NCBI GenBank assembly: GCA_028534125.1 | Contig: CM052817.1 | Location: 32,924,001 to 32,988,000 of the forward strand | From: Lama glama | Lineage: Eukaryota | Length of the DNA stretch: 64,000 bases | Reading direction: 5' to 3' | Part shown: piece after piece, positions 23,690-36,349 of the stretch | How positions within the stretch are numbered: the first letter of the stretch is position 1 | Layout of the letters: each line of letters begins with the position of its first letter | Program-made: the position numbers and the translations under genes | Notes under the pieces: model-generated | Databases searched by the model: none | Told to the model about the DNA's origin: nothing | The model's input: the letters and a program-made list of their open reading frames with translations, nothing else

Positions 23690-24045
23690 TGTTTTTCCCA
23701 TCTTCAAAAACAGCACTTCCTGACCCCTAACCGTTCAATCTAGAACCCTGCTACAGCTTGCTCCAGACCCTGTGGACGCTCCCCCTCAAACACCTTTGGA
23801 AGCTATTGCCTCCTCTCCACCCCACTGCAATGGCACAGTCATTACTGCCTGCACGCTGACAGAAATCTCCTAACAAGGCTCCTTGTTTCCAGCTTTGCCC
23901 CTCAGAACAGTGATTTGTCTCAAGACCCAGATGTGAACACAATGGTCCTCTGCTCCTATGACTTTTCACTCCTTAAATAATAAAACTATTCTATACGATA
24001 GCATGTCCCACAAGACCCTTCATGACGCAGCCTTGCCTGGCCATG
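23690..24045 (+). mobile_element. L2 fragment
   Basis: ctcctaacaaggctccttgtttccagctttgcccc, tcctctgctc, acaagacccttcatga. Confidence 0.6.
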
Positions 24046-24113
24046 CAGACTGGGCACTCACTACTCCCCCTCAGGTATCCTGTTGTCCAGCCTTAATAGA
24101 AGAGTTGCTCAAA

Positions 24114-24202
24114 GGGGGAGGGTATAGCTTAGTGGTAGACCACATGCCTAGCATGCATGAGGTCCTGGGTTCACTCCAAGTACCTCTATTAAAAAAAAAA
24201 AA
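24114..24202 (+). mobile_element. Camelid tRNA-derived SINE (Vic-1-like, short form)
   Basis: GGGGGAGGGTATAGCTTAGTGGTAGA...GAGGTCCTGGGTTCACTCCAAGTACCTC followed by A12. Imperfect TSD GTTGCTCAAA (24104-24113) / GTTGTTCAAA (24204-24213). Confidence 0.9.
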
Positions 24203-25078
24203 GGTTGTTCAAAATATTCTAACCACAGAGATGGTGATTTAGTAGCTCTTAGAGCTCATTTCTCTTCTCTCTTTTTCTCCTCCTCCTTTTTAACTTCACA
24301 AAACTCCCCCAGTGACTCACTGCAGCCAGGATTAGAATGACTAGTTATCGCATTATATGCTTATAGTTTGGTCCTCATCTCAGACAGTGAGTCCAAAAGG
24401 AGGCAAGTATATTTCTCTTACTGTCATTGTTTTTTTTCTGCCAGCACATAAATCATATCCACCTGTCTCCATACCCGAGCTCCCACCTCTGCTCCCTGCA
24501 AAAGAACACCTGCCTTGGGTCTGGAATGAGCTGTATGAACTTACAGTCCACTTAGTACAGAACTATGCCACTAAAAATAAAGCTACTGCAATGGAAAACT
24601 CAACTGAAGAGCCTGCCATTTGTGTTCAGCGGACAGTAGCAGGAGAACTGCCACGCTGTCCCTGGTGGCAAAGTGTGGGCCCCACCGCGTCATAGCAAAT
24701 GGCACAGTTTCCCAAATACTCAGGTTACCTGGAGAAGAATTTAAGCAGATTTACAGCATTTTAGTTTTTCCTTCACGCTAGATTTCACTAATATCATTGC
24801 TTTGACTGTATGCCCTCTACTGGAATGCGTATTTGTTTTATAATGTGGCTTTTTACTTATGAGTGTTCCAAGACATTTAGTGCTGGTGTTTGCTTTTCTA
24901 ATCTCATCTAAGAGTCACTTCATTTATTAATGCAATTTGTGTTTTATTGCCTGCTATGCACTAGTATTCCATGGCCAGTATATTTCTTATTAGATATGTA
25001 ATTTAGGTCTCAAAATGTAATTTTGAGGGTCAGTAACATATTACCATGTATCCAGAACTTGTGATTTCATACACTGTA

Positions 25079-25080
<2 letters not shown>

Positions 25081-25108
<28 letters not shown>
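25081..25108. repeat. (AC)14 microsatellite
   Basis: Read directly. Confidence 0.95.
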
Positions 25109-25114
<6 letters not shown>

Positions 25115-25475
25115 CTTTTCTCACTCTCTGTATAATAAAACATACTTATAATTTTATTTTCCCACAAGTTTCCTTATAAAATTAGATTGAATCTTAGATA
25201 TCTATTGGTCTTATATTCTCCAAGTAAGGTACTTTCTTTGCGGGATTAGCACACAATGCCAGGTGCATGTATTGCAGGTACACTTATTGAATAACAAACA
25301 TTTACTTAATGAGTGAATGAATTTATCTACTAATTATTTACATATTTTGGAAAATAAAAAAAGTGTATGGCTATCTCAATATAAGTTCCTATGAACTAAG
25401 AAAAACTTTAATATGCCTTGAAATACTCTTTGTAAACAAATTCTCTTATAGTTATAATCCAATGTCTTAATTTAC

Positions 25476-25600
25476 TTTTTTTATTTTAAATTTTTAAATT
25501 TTTAGTTTTAGTTTTTTTTTAATGGAGGTGCTGGGGATTGAACCCAGGACCTCACACAAGCTAAGCATGTGCTCTACCGCTGAGCTATATCCACCCTCCC
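25476..25600 (-). mobile_element. Camelid tRNA-derived SINE (Vic-1-like)
   Basis: T-rich tail, then ggaggtgctggggattgaacccaggacctc...gctctaccgctgagctatatcc, the reverse complement of the A/B-box head. Confidence 0.88.
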
Positions 25601-25649
25601 TAACTTCTTAAAATATAAAAGTTTACTCACTGTCCATGGAATAAAAAAA

Positions 25650-25820
25650 GTCATAGCTTTGTAGAGTTGGAAAGTCTCCCAGATATCATTTAGGTGACCA
25701 CCCCATTTTAAAGATGAGGAAACTAAAGACAGAAAGGTCACTCAACTATCCATGGTCACACAGCTACTAAGGAGCCGAAGTGGAATCAAAATACAGCTCT
25801 CTGGATTTTCAATTCAACTT
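25650..25820 (-). mobile_element. MIR3/MIRc SINE
   Basis: agagttggaaag...cattttaaagatgaggaaactaaagacaga...ggtcacacagcta. Confidence 0.8.
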
Positions 25821-26104
25821 TTAAGTCTTCTCTGAGGTTGAAAAGTCCATACTGAAAACTCTTTTCAGAACACATCTTTAGTACCTATAATACAAGTCAG
25901 CAATGGCATAAATGAGTCTAAATTACAGTATCAATTTTTAAGAGCATGCATTTTCCTCTTGTGATACCCAGAAGATCATAAAATAAGAACAAGTCCTGGA
26001 AAATAATGTTTCAAAATGGTACCTGACATTCTCATTTTACCAATTCTATGTGTCTTGCAATTATGTATAGAGTAATTATTTCCCCAAGTTTTTCTTTTCA
26101 TTTT

Positions 26105-26212
26105 AAATATCCAACAAATATTTATTTATTGAATACCTAGTATATTTCAAGAATTATTCTAGGACTTAAAGAGAGTGGATGAAAAAAGACAAATTTCTTT
26201 TTCCCATGGAAG
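26105..26212 (-). mobile_element. L2 3' end
   Basis: ccaacaaatatttatttattgaatacctagta...ttctagga...aaaagacaaat. Confidence 0.6.
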
Positions 26213-27619
26213 TGGTTTTTGCAAAGATCCACTCAATATGATTGTATCATTACACCTCTCTTCTGCTCTTCTCTTAAGAGTAAAAACACAAGTATCTTCC
26301 ACACATCTTTTTTATAGGGTATGTATCCTCTTGACCCATGAACTGTCAGCTCCCCACCCAATCTCCTCACCTAACACACATTCACACACACACATCAATG
26401 ATACACACATGTGGTAGGTCTACCAAGGTTAAGGAACTTGAGCATGCTCACACAGAGGAACTGGGACTCAAATCTAGTCTGTCCTGATGCTCTAAACCTC
26501 TTTGTGTCATTGCCATTAGCCACTCCCTCCTCCTCATTTTGTTCCCAAACGACAGGATGACAAATAAGGGTGAGCAGAGGGGCAGTGGGGCATGGTGAAT
26601 GAAAGAAACCTGTCAGTTGAAAGCATGGGATCTTTTCTGGTCCTGCCCCTTGAACCCAGACATCTAATCTGAGTCTGAGTTTATTTCTTTATAAAAGTTC
26701 TGATAATGATATCTGTTCTGACTAGCTCTTGTTAGAAAATAATGTTAAATGTTTTAGAAAAAAGGCCATAAAAATGTTTCTCTAGAAAAGCAGCATACAA
26801 AATGGTCCATTAAAACTATGTAAAAAGGCACAGGTAAAATTTGCCTTCCAGTGGAGTGATTATAGGCCTTTTTTTGGTTAAAATTATTTTAGGTCATTTA
26901 AAATTTCTTCTTTTGACTTTTCAACATTTAAAAAATTATTTGATTAACATATGTTCATTCACACATTCATTGACTCAGCACACAGATATTTATTTATTTC
27001 TGCTGTAGACACTATATTGAGGTTAAAAAAAGAAAACACAATGGAAGATATTTTGATATATGTACACTCTAATGTGATATGCACAGTTGTCCAATGGAGT
27101 AAAGGATTTTTTTCCCTTTAAAACTCCATCTTTAACATTGTTCCTATGTCCACTTTGAAATCAGAAAATTTAATAAGTCTTAAAAAAAGTCTGAGTACTT
27201 AAGAGAAACAAGATCTTATGGGGACAGCTTATCCCCCAGTAATGCTGGACAAGTGAGGTACTGATTAGACTTTTTCAAAATGGCAGACGGGCAGTCTTGG
27301 GCACTGCTTTCTACCAGCTCCAGATTAAGTGGCAGCAAACCTTGCCAGCATCAGTCTGGCTAAATAGCTGATGTGATTAACTGAGTCAACAGTCAGTAGA
27401 GGCCATGAGGAATATTTCAAGATGACAAAGGGCTCAGAGTTGGATTAGATTATTCCACTTCAGTAATACAGGTAACATTGCCATATCTGGAACTAAAAAT
27501 TACAGTGCTTCCATTGGAGCCCAATAGTTTTACATACTGGTGGGAGGCTATGAAGGAAGAACAGAAACCAGGAAAAAGCTATCCAGATAATGTATCTGAT
27601 TGCCCACACCATCCCTGGT

Positions 27620-28172
27620 CTCGTTCCAATCCATTCTCCACCTTGAGGCCAGTGTTTTACAAAACACATATATGAGCATGTTACTCCTAGGCTGAAAATC
27701 CTTCAGTGGCTTCCCACTACCCTATTTCCCCCAACGTTTCCTTCTCATGGCCCACCAGACCCTGCATCATCTGGCTCCTGTTTCTCCATCCTCCATGGGC
27801 CTCAGCCATGCTCCCTTCAGTTCCTTAAACTCCCCAGTGCCCTTTCTTGCTCCCTGGGAAAGCCGCCCACTTCTGTCTCTCCACTTCCTGTTGGGTGGCA
27901 GCTTAACAGCCTCTTCCTCAGAGATGCTCTCCCTGAACACTTGTGGACTGGTCAGGTCTCTCCCAGTATGTTTGCTCTCATAACATCAGGCTAGCTTCCT
28001 TCATGACCCTATTATGATGCTCTAATTCTGTATCAGTTTGTGAGATTGTTTTCTCTTCCTCTCTTGGCTAAACTGCAGAGACCATGTCTGTCTTATTTCC
28101 CACTGTATTCCTAGTACCTGGCACAGTCCAGTTACTTAGGACACTTAGTGAATAAAAGGATGAATAAATGAA
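27620..28172 (+). mobile_element. L2 3' region
   Basis: caatccattctccac, aaaatccttcagtggcttccca, gcagagaccatgtctgtcttattt...ctgtattcctagtacctggcacagt, gaataaatgaa. Confidence 0.8.
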
Positions 28173-28214
28173 ATTTGCAAAGAGCAACAAAAGTTTTAGT
28201 ACATTTTATATCAC

Positions 28215-28607
28215 TGTGGCAGACAGGCTGGATGCTGACTCCTTGAATTTTCTTCCTGGCACTCAGGAGGTCCCTCATCAGCCTGCCTTCCTTCCACTGG
28301 GTTCTGGGGGCATGAGACTGTGCTCTGGCCAAGAGAATGTGTGCAGGAGTGACAGTGGCCCCTTCCTGGATGAGCAGCAGAACATTCTGCACAATCTTCT
28401 GGACCACTTTTTCCCCAGCAGTGTGGTTGGAAGCTACAGATTCTGAGATGGTGGGAGCACCCAGGAGAAGGAGCCCAGGTCTGAGTCACCTCTTAAAGGA
28501 GGGCCACCTTGATCACACTAGGCTTGAGTAAGAAAATGAAACTTTACGTTAAGTCACCTTGATTTTCTCTTGTTTTTTAATTACAGTAGCTAGGGTTGAT
28601 TAATACA
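28215..28607 (+). mobile_element. MLT1 solo LTR
   Basis: Starts tgtggcag and ends ttaataca; contains ggggcatgagactgtgctctggccaagagaatgtg and ggagcccaggtctgagtcacc. Confidence 0.75.
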
Positions 28608-29004
28608 GTTGCTTATGTCACTAAATTGTTTTTCAGTCTGGATACAGAGTAAAGCTAATGATACTGAAGCAAACTAATCATGTATCAAAGTGTTAACTCC
28701 TCTGAAGTTAAAATCCTGAGGTTTACCACCATTAAAAAAAAAAACCTTCAATTAAAGAAAAAAGTAAGGATTTTAAAGCAGTTCTGCAGAGTACTTCCCC
28801 TCATATTCTAGGCAAAGGGAAGGAAGTTTGGAAAGTCTAGGATTCAAGGAAGGAGAAAAAATACAGAAAAGACCTAAACATGTTAAAAAGGAGATGAGGC
28901 CATCAAAGAATAATGGCTGGTCCCTCAATTAGGGCTAATTTCCCTACAGGGCCCCAACCTATAGGTCAGGTATTCAGCAGTAGGCCCCTTTCTTTTAATA
29001 AAAG

Positions 29005-29447
29005 TACAGCAGGGAATCTAATTATTTTAAAAATGCAAAACAAATCACATTACTCCCCTTCTGTTCAAAGGCTTCACATTGCCTTTATAATAAAATCCAA
29101 GATCCTTAAGGGGCTGCGAGCCCTCACATGACTGGGTCACTGTCTACATCTCCAGCTCCAATTCTACCCCCTCCCCCCTTTCCCTCGTCATTCCAGATAC
29201 ACCACCCTTCTTTCAGTTTCTGGAACTTTGGGGGTTTCTTCCCACTTAGGGCCTTTGTGTCTGCCCTTCTCTTAGCTAACTCCTCCTCATCCTTCACTTC
29301 ACAGATCAACTGTTACTCCTTTAAGAAAGTATTCTGCAGCCCTCCGGATTAGGGTGGGATCTTGATTTACTGTTTATTACAATCTTCTTGTCATGTGTCC
29401 CAATATCCGGCACTAGTAAGTTCTCAATAATCATTTGTTAACTGATG
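29005..29447 (+). mobile_element. L2 3' region
   Basis: aaatcacattactcccct, ataaaatccaagatcctta, gctaactcctcctcatccttca, agtaagttctcaataatcatttgtt. Confidence 0.7.
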
Positions 29448-29630
29448 AGGTCATGGGAGGCAGTAAAGAATAACAAGAAAATGAAGACCTTACATTATGA
29501 ACTAGAACACCCTTGAGCTAATCTTCCCTTGAGATATTCAGGATCTTAAATGTTCCAGCTACTAACAGATCCATGATTTTTCAGATGGGACAGAGGGACA
29601 GGTCCAAATTAAAGCCTAAATGGTATCAAT

Positions 29631-30900
29631 GACAGCCACATGTAAATCAATGAAGTTAGAACACCATATACAAAAATAAACTCAAAATGGCTTAAAAACT
29701 TAAACATAAGAAAAGACATGATCAACTTCCTAGAAGAAAACATAGACAAAACATTTTCTGTCATAAATCTTAGCAGTGTTCTCCTAGGGCAGTCTACCCA
29801 GACAATAGAAATAAAAGCAAAAATAAACAAATGAGGCCTAACTAAATGTATAAGCTTTTGCATAGCAAAGGAAACTATAAGCAAAACAAAAAGAAAACCT
29901 ACAGAATGGGAGAAACTATTTGCAAATGATGCAGCTGACAAGAGCTTAATTTCCAGAATATAAAAACAGCTCATACAACTTAATAATAAACAACCCAATC
30001 CAAAAATGGGCAGAAGACCTAAACAAGCAATTCTCCAATGAAGACATACAAATGCCAATAGGCATATGAAAAAATGCTCAATATTGCTAATTATCAGAGA
30101 AATGCAAATCAAAACTACAATAAGGTATCACCTCACGCTAGTCAGAATGGTCATCATTAAACAGTCCACAAATGATAAATGCTGGAGAAGGTGTGGAAAA
30201 AAGAGAACCCTCCTACACTGTTGGTGGGAATGGTAGTTTGATGCAACCATTATGGAAAACAGTATGGAGATTCCTCAAAAGACTAAAATTATACTTATCA
30301 TATAATCCAGTAATCCCACTCCTGGGCATATGTCCCAAGGCAACTCTAATTCAAAAAGATACATGCATCCTAAGGTTCATAGTAGCACTATATACAATAA
30401 CCAAGACATGGAAGCAACCTAAATGTCCACTGACAGATGACTGGGTAAAGAAGCTGTGGTATATTCACACAATGGAATACTACTCAGCCACGAAGAAGGA
30501 CAAAACAATGGCATTTGCTGCAACATGGATGGACCTGGAGATTGTTATTCTAAGTGAAGTAAGTCAGAAAGAGAAAGAAAAATATCATATAATATCAATC
30601 ATATGTGGAATCTGAAAAAAAGAAGACACAAATAAACTGATCTATAAAACAGAAACAGACTCACAGGAAAAGGATAAATTGGGAGCTTGAGATCGCAAAC
30701 ATTAACAACTATATATAAAACAGATAAACAGTTTCTTCTGTATAGCACAGGGACCTATATTCAATATCATGTAGTAACCTATAATGAAAAAGAATCTGAA
30801 AATAAATATATATGTATATATATGACTGAAACATTATGCTGTACACCAGAAATTGACACATTATTAAGTGACTATATGTCAATAATTAAAAAGAAAAAGA
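29631..30900 (+). mobile_element. Young 5'-truncated L1 (camelid/artiodactyl type): ORF2 3' part, 3' UTR and A-rich tail
   Basis: Strong resemblance to the L1 ORF2 3' region; the 3' UTR is shared with the copy at 10763-11327; tail aattaaaaagaaaaaga. No clear TSD. Confidence 0.95.
30172..30615 (+). pseudogene. L1 ORF2p C-terminal remnant (non-functional)
   Basis: Translation [12 protein letters not shown]...IPLLGICPK...KTWKQPKCP...WVKKLWYIHTMEYYSA...ATWMDLEIVILSEVSQKEKEKYHIISIICGI* is the recognisable ORF2p C-terminus. The upstream frame is disrupted and the element is 5'-truncated. Confidence 0.92.
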
Positions 30901-31024
30901 CTTATCCAATAAGCATTTAATAAAGAGAGCAAAAATGAAAGTGGAGAAAGAGTCCATTCTTGGTCCACTTTCAGGCAATTTAGGTCAAGAGCTGAAAAAA
31001 AAACAGTAGTCACAAGTGACTGTA

Positions 31025-31370
31025 GAGGTATTTTCATACAATGCAAAGCTGCTCAGCGTTCAAAAAGCAATAGGCTACTGTTACTTAGCAACAACATGGA
31101 TAGATCTCATAGACAAAATGTTGAATAAAAGGAGCCAGACACAAAAGAGCACATACTGCATGAATCAAGCCATACAAAGCTGAAAGCTGGCAAAATTAAT
31201 GTATGGTGAAGGGAGTCACAATGGCGATTACGTCTGTGAGGACAGATGGGGGTAGGTACAAGTGAGCTGCTGGAAATACTGTACATCCCCGTGAGTGCAT
31301 ACATTTGAAAACTTCCTTAGTCCACAGACTTATGATTTGTGCTAAGTGGTACTTTAATGAAAAAGAAAAC
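31025..31370 (+). mobile_element. Ancient L1ME-like 3' end
   Basis: gcaacaacatggatagatctcatagacaaaatgttgaataaaaggagccagacacaaaagagcacatactgcatga. Confidence 0.8.
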
Positions 31371-31379
31371 ACGGACTCC

Positions 31380-31933
31380 ACTGCTGAAATCCCTGCAATG
31401 GCTCCATCACGGTCTGTGGGATAAAGTCTAAATTCCTCAGGAAGGTGAACACAGTGCTTTGTAATCTAGCCCCTCCAGACACTCTCATCTCAACTCCCAG
31501 TGCTGCACATGTGCACAGGCTCCAGGCATGTGTTCCCCCTGAAATTCTCTCTACAGGTCATTACACTGTTTACCTCCATGCTTCTGTTTCTGCTGTCCCC
31601 TCTGACTAGAGAGGCATCAACGTGCTGTCCCCCTGATGCCCTCCTAGCCCTCAGGGAATCGCTCGACTCTGCCCCTTGGTGACGACTCCCTGGCCTCCCT
31701 GGGGCTGAGTCAGGAGCATCTTCTCCTTGGTTGTTCTGTGTATCTTTCATCTGTCCTATAATTTATGACAGTTATCATTCCGTACTTTAGTTGACATTTT
31801 ACATGTCTGTTTCCCCACTAAAAATAAGGCTCCTCAAGGGCAAGAATCATGTATTTTCCAGCTTCATATCCTTACTTCCTGGCACGGTGCCTATCACACA
31901 GAAGGTGCCTGATAAACATCTATTGAATTTGAA
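31380..31933 (+). mobile_element. L2 3' region
   Basis: gataaagtctaaattcctcag, ccccactaaaaataaggctcctcaagggcaagaatcatgt, cctggcacggtgcctatcacacag. Confidence 0.75.
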
Positions 31934-32244
31934 CCGGAAAATGCACAGTAGGACATACAACTGGTAGCCAAGAATAAGGACATTTTAATCAGTATTAGTT
32001 TAAAGAAACTAAAACCTTTTAGGGCATAAGAAAGCAGAGATAGGTGAAGTAAAGAATCAGAATGAATATAGCTCAGTCTTCCAAAATGAGGTTTTTTTAA
32101 GTCCAATTTTAAAAAGTTAAATTTAACAGATTAAGAGGAGAGAAGCAGCCATGATGATAATTTAAGGGTTTGGGTTTGTGGGTGCAGGGCATGAATTAGG
32201 TCAGGATATTCACAATAATAGCAGTAATAATACCTAATTGCAGT

Positions 32245-32460
32245 ATCTAACATTTATTGACTACTTACTATCTACTAAGCAACTTGCCTTCATTATCTGA
32301 TTTAATCTTCAAAGCAAGCCCTTGAAGGTCTGCTATTAATCTCCATTTTATGTATTAGGAAACTGATGCTCCAAGAGGATAAGGTGCCTGCTGGAGGTCA
32401 CACAGACGGGATGTGGCAGCGTTCAGGTTCTACCCAGGCCTGTGAAGCTCCGGAGCCTGC
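32245..32460 (-). mobile_element. MIR SINE
   Basis: ctaacatttattga, attatctgatttaatcttca, ctccattttat...aggaaactga, aggtcacacag. Confidence 0.8.
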
Positions 32461-34807
32461 GGCAGTAAGACTTTTGTCAATCACACTCCCAAACGAACAT
32501 CTCAGAAGCCCAGAGCATAGTGGTGTGGTAAGCGGAAAAGCGACACAGCTTCTCATGTTTACTTGGAGCATTTAAACGTCCATAGCTGGAGACCTACCCT
32601 TGAGAAAGAACGCCTGGGAATCCCAGAGGTAAAGAAAGTAGCCTAAAAATAGGCCCATTGCAAAACCACATATGAAGCTGTGTGGCAATTTCCTGTAAGG
32701 TATTCAGCCCAGTACCTCTAGGACAAAACAGAACCATCCTAGAGGAAGCTACAAGAAGACATATCTGAAGAAATGGCTACCAATGGCCACATGCCAAAAA
32801 AGAAAAGGAAAGAAAAGAGAGAGAGAAAAGAAAACACCCAGATTCAACAGAATCTTATGACAGACTCATGGGTCCTGCAACAACCCACAACACACATTAT
32901 ACTAAATGTCCGGGCCAGCTGAATGCCATCTCGTTTATTTCGGGCAAATCTTGGACACAGTATATTTAGTGTGGCTTCCTAGGGTTTCAGTTATTGGTGC
33001 ATTTGCCCATTTGCTTGGCCTCTCTTCTGACTAGCTGAAGTGAAAAGGACCTCTCTGGCCACAGCAGACCACCATCAGAAGAACCACTATCCTCTCTGAG
33101 ACTCTTAATGTGGTTCAGTCCTAGACCTGGTCCTTAACTGAAAAGGGAGAGAAATAAAGTGGCCCCAGATGAACATGTGTACCCCTGGCACCTTTACCAA
33201 ATTATATTGCCAGATCTTTCTATGTTATTCTTCAAGGTACCTCCCAAAACCAACATTTCCAGGGTGTCCTGCTACTCTGTAATATAGCTAAAAGAATTTT
33301 TTCCCCCTCAGGTCATAGGGGAAGGCAAACAGACACATTTTTTACATTGACAGGCCTAGAAAAATAACAATGCACTGCCTGTATTACACAATGGGGCCTT
33401 GTATTTTTACAGCTAAGCTGCATGAAAATGCAGCCAGTGGACCCAGACTAAATCAATTTAATGACCTCAGGTGAGGACCCAGGGGAATGTCCATTTTACA
33501 GCAAACCCTGACCATGCAGCCTCGGCCACAATAATTGGGCCCCATCAACATCTCTAAAATGTTAATATGAAATGTATGTTTTAGCCCCCAAAGAAATGAC
33601 AGCTCCTGGACTTAAGGAAAGGAAACACAGCCAGTTTCATAGGAAAGAGCTGATTCTGTTTTACCTGCAACAAAAGGACTTAACGTCTAGCATTTTTTCC
33701 TAAAAATTAGTCAATTAAATTGCATAATTGTACATGAATGACAATTTGAACAATAACAAGTAGTGTGAACTAGCCTGACTCCCACCTAGAGACATGATTT
33801 TCCACAGGATTTTTGGTATACAATATATTGTGTTTCTTTCTAATTGGTAGCTTCCCTAGTAAGGAACCACTTTTAGCCACTAATAATTTGTTGCTATACT
33901 TTCTTCCATGTCCTTCAGTTTTAGATTCCTATATATATTGGGAGGGAAGAAGAATAAGGGTGCTGACTGGGAGACTAAAGATAAACAATAAGGCTGTAGA
34001 AGGAGATATTGGGAAAAGGAGGAAAGTTGAGTACAGATGATAAAGACCAAAAAAGCAGAAACAAGGAGCTTGCTCATCAACACGGGGAGAAAGTAAGCGC
34101 CATTCAAGGCTGGGAGGGAGGGTAACTGCAGTCCTCTCATTAGTTTTCCAATGTGGTTGAGCAGAGAAGTAAAGTCACATATACCTTGTCTTGTGCTAGC
34201 AGCCAAAAAGTAAAGTTACCAACAGCGATGCTGAGCAGCTAACAGGCAATGCAGAGACTAGCAGGACCACCCACCTTATAGAACAAGGACAGCTCAGAGG
34301 GTAGAGAAGCACTCAGCACCCTCAGCATAAGCCCTCTCTGGAATTCAAGCAAAGGGAATCTCCCCCGCATCCTCAACACCTAATTTCCCTGTGTAGCTGT
34401 GACTATCAGATGAGATCTGCCCATTCAACAGGCAGTTGAATTTATTATTAACTCAGCTCATTTCAAATCTAATTACGAACATGATGAATCTGAACAGTCT
34501 TCTTTAAATAACAATGCTAAGACAGGGATGGCAATTTTAGTATCCCATGATATTAAATGGATTATTTAAGTAAGAGTCCTATGTCATTTGTAAGTAATAC
34601 TTTACCGGTATATTTCCATGTAATTGAGGAGAGCAGAGCAGGAGATTCATTAATTTTAAGATCTGAATTAATGTTATAATTAGTAAAACAAAAGTATGTT
34701 TTTGATATAGTCAGACAACCACATAGAGATTTGACTGTGTCTTCTGTTCAAATACACACAGTGTTCCAGGGAAAATGGCTGTTTTAAATATGTGCAGAAT
34801 TGCAGGG

Positions 34808-34969
34808 GCCTGGCTGCACACTGGAGTCACCTGGCAAGCTTTACAAATTGTTATTCCCAGGGCACACCCCATGCCAATGACTTCAGAATCTCTGGAGGTG
34901 AAATCAGGTGCCAATAGTTTTAAAACGCCTCAAGTGATTCCAATTTTCAGTCAAAGTTGAAAACTATTG
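34808..34969. mobile_element. MER5A1/MER5B-like hAT-Charlie MITE
   Basis: cctggctgcacactggagtcacctgg...cagaatctctggaggtg...caagtgattccaat...gttgaaaactattg matches the quasi-palindromic MER5 structure. Confidence 0.8.
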
Positions 34970-35279
34970 CCAAAAAGGAAAGCAAGATGCTGCCTTTAAC
35001 TGAATCTTTTGGCCGGGATCTATCACCCCACCTTTTTTAGCCCACATCTGGAATCTTACCCACCACTAGTTTTGGGATTTGCCTCCCCAAACGAACAAAC
35101 AAACAAAGCTGTGAATAAAATTTCTTTGGTATGGTACACAATGATATAACAGATGTTGCAGAATACTTGTGTCACTAAAAGCAGTAGTAATATAATAATG
35201 TTGTATTTTAAATAATTTTAATATTTATAAAAGTACATAAAAGTTTAAAATATCATTGTAAGTATATAATGATTAATAT

Positions 35280-35603
35280 TATTATTATTATTATCTATTG
35301 AACCCCTACTATATGCTGGGTCATGTGCTGGTTAAATCCTCCCAAAGCTGTGAAAGAGAGGTATCATTAGCCTTATTTTACAGATGAAGAAACCTAGTAA
35401 AGGACAGAGCCACCACTTGGAACTACCATGGACTTGGCATGACAACATTTTATCTTATCCAATCTTCAAAGCAACCATATGGAGTAGACATTTTAGAGAT
35501 GAGAAAACTGAGGTTCAGAGATATAGACTATCCTGGGGTCCTGTATGTACCAAATGGCAGAGCTGGGGTGTGGATCCTGGCTGTGCCTGACTTCAAAGCC
35601 TGC
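35280..35603 (-). mobile_element. Two adjacent MIR fragments
   Basis: attttacagatgaagaaacc near 35380, and cattttagagatgagaaaactgaggttcagag...aaatggcagagctgggg at 35490-35600. Confidence 0.75.
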
Positions 35604-36349
35604 CTGATCACTTAAACATTAAGTTAAAAAATAAGCAGAGCCCAATTTGCCAGTCTCCATTTTGCAAATGCCTTCTAGTAACATCTCTTTTTCTTTTTCC
35701 TGACTGTGGCTGGGAAGGGGTGATCTGCAGGCCTCCTTTTCCATATAGCCAAGTTTCAAAAACTAATTCAGTACAGTAACTCAACTCAAGGCTCCTTACA
35801 TGTCAGGAGATTGGCTGAAAAGATTTCCGTTATTCTCAGAACAAAGTATTGCTCCTTGCAATTTTGCAATCTGAAATTTTATGCATTAAGAAATCTCTAG
35901 ATCTATAGTAACTAGATACATAAAGCAAATTCTTCTTTCTTCTTTTTTAATGATAATCTTTCCACTTTAAGTGAGAAGAATAGAATCTCCTATTGAAAGG
36001 GTTCCTAGACTCATTTGGTCCAGTTTTCTCATTTGTTTAAAAATGGTGATACTGAGGTCTAGAAAAATGATTCTTTCAAATGAACCAAAAATTTTTTAGA
36101 CCAAGACATTGATTGGCCATGGAATTAATGAAGAACACACAGTGGTTTAAAAAAAGAAATTAAACATTGTAGAATTAGGTCAGAGTGCTAAGAATTAGAG
36201 GCCCAGTTAATTCTACTTCCTTTCCATAGAATTCCTCTATGAAAAAGACACTGTGCTCTGTATTATTTCAAAGCCATCACAGGGGTATCAGGGAGGGTCA
36301 TTTGGCCCAGGCTCTGACCTATGAAGGGCCTCAAAATGTGGGTACATGG

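Noticed and set aside
24114..24190. tRNA-like sequence with A and B boxes (also near 6750-6834 and 25520-25600)
   Set aside because: Poly-A tails, TSDs and imperfect stems show these are tRNA-derived SINEs, not tRNA genes.
29609..30112. 167-aa hydrophobic minus-strand ORF
   Set aside because: Antisense reading of L1 ORF2 sequence, a common spurious ORF.
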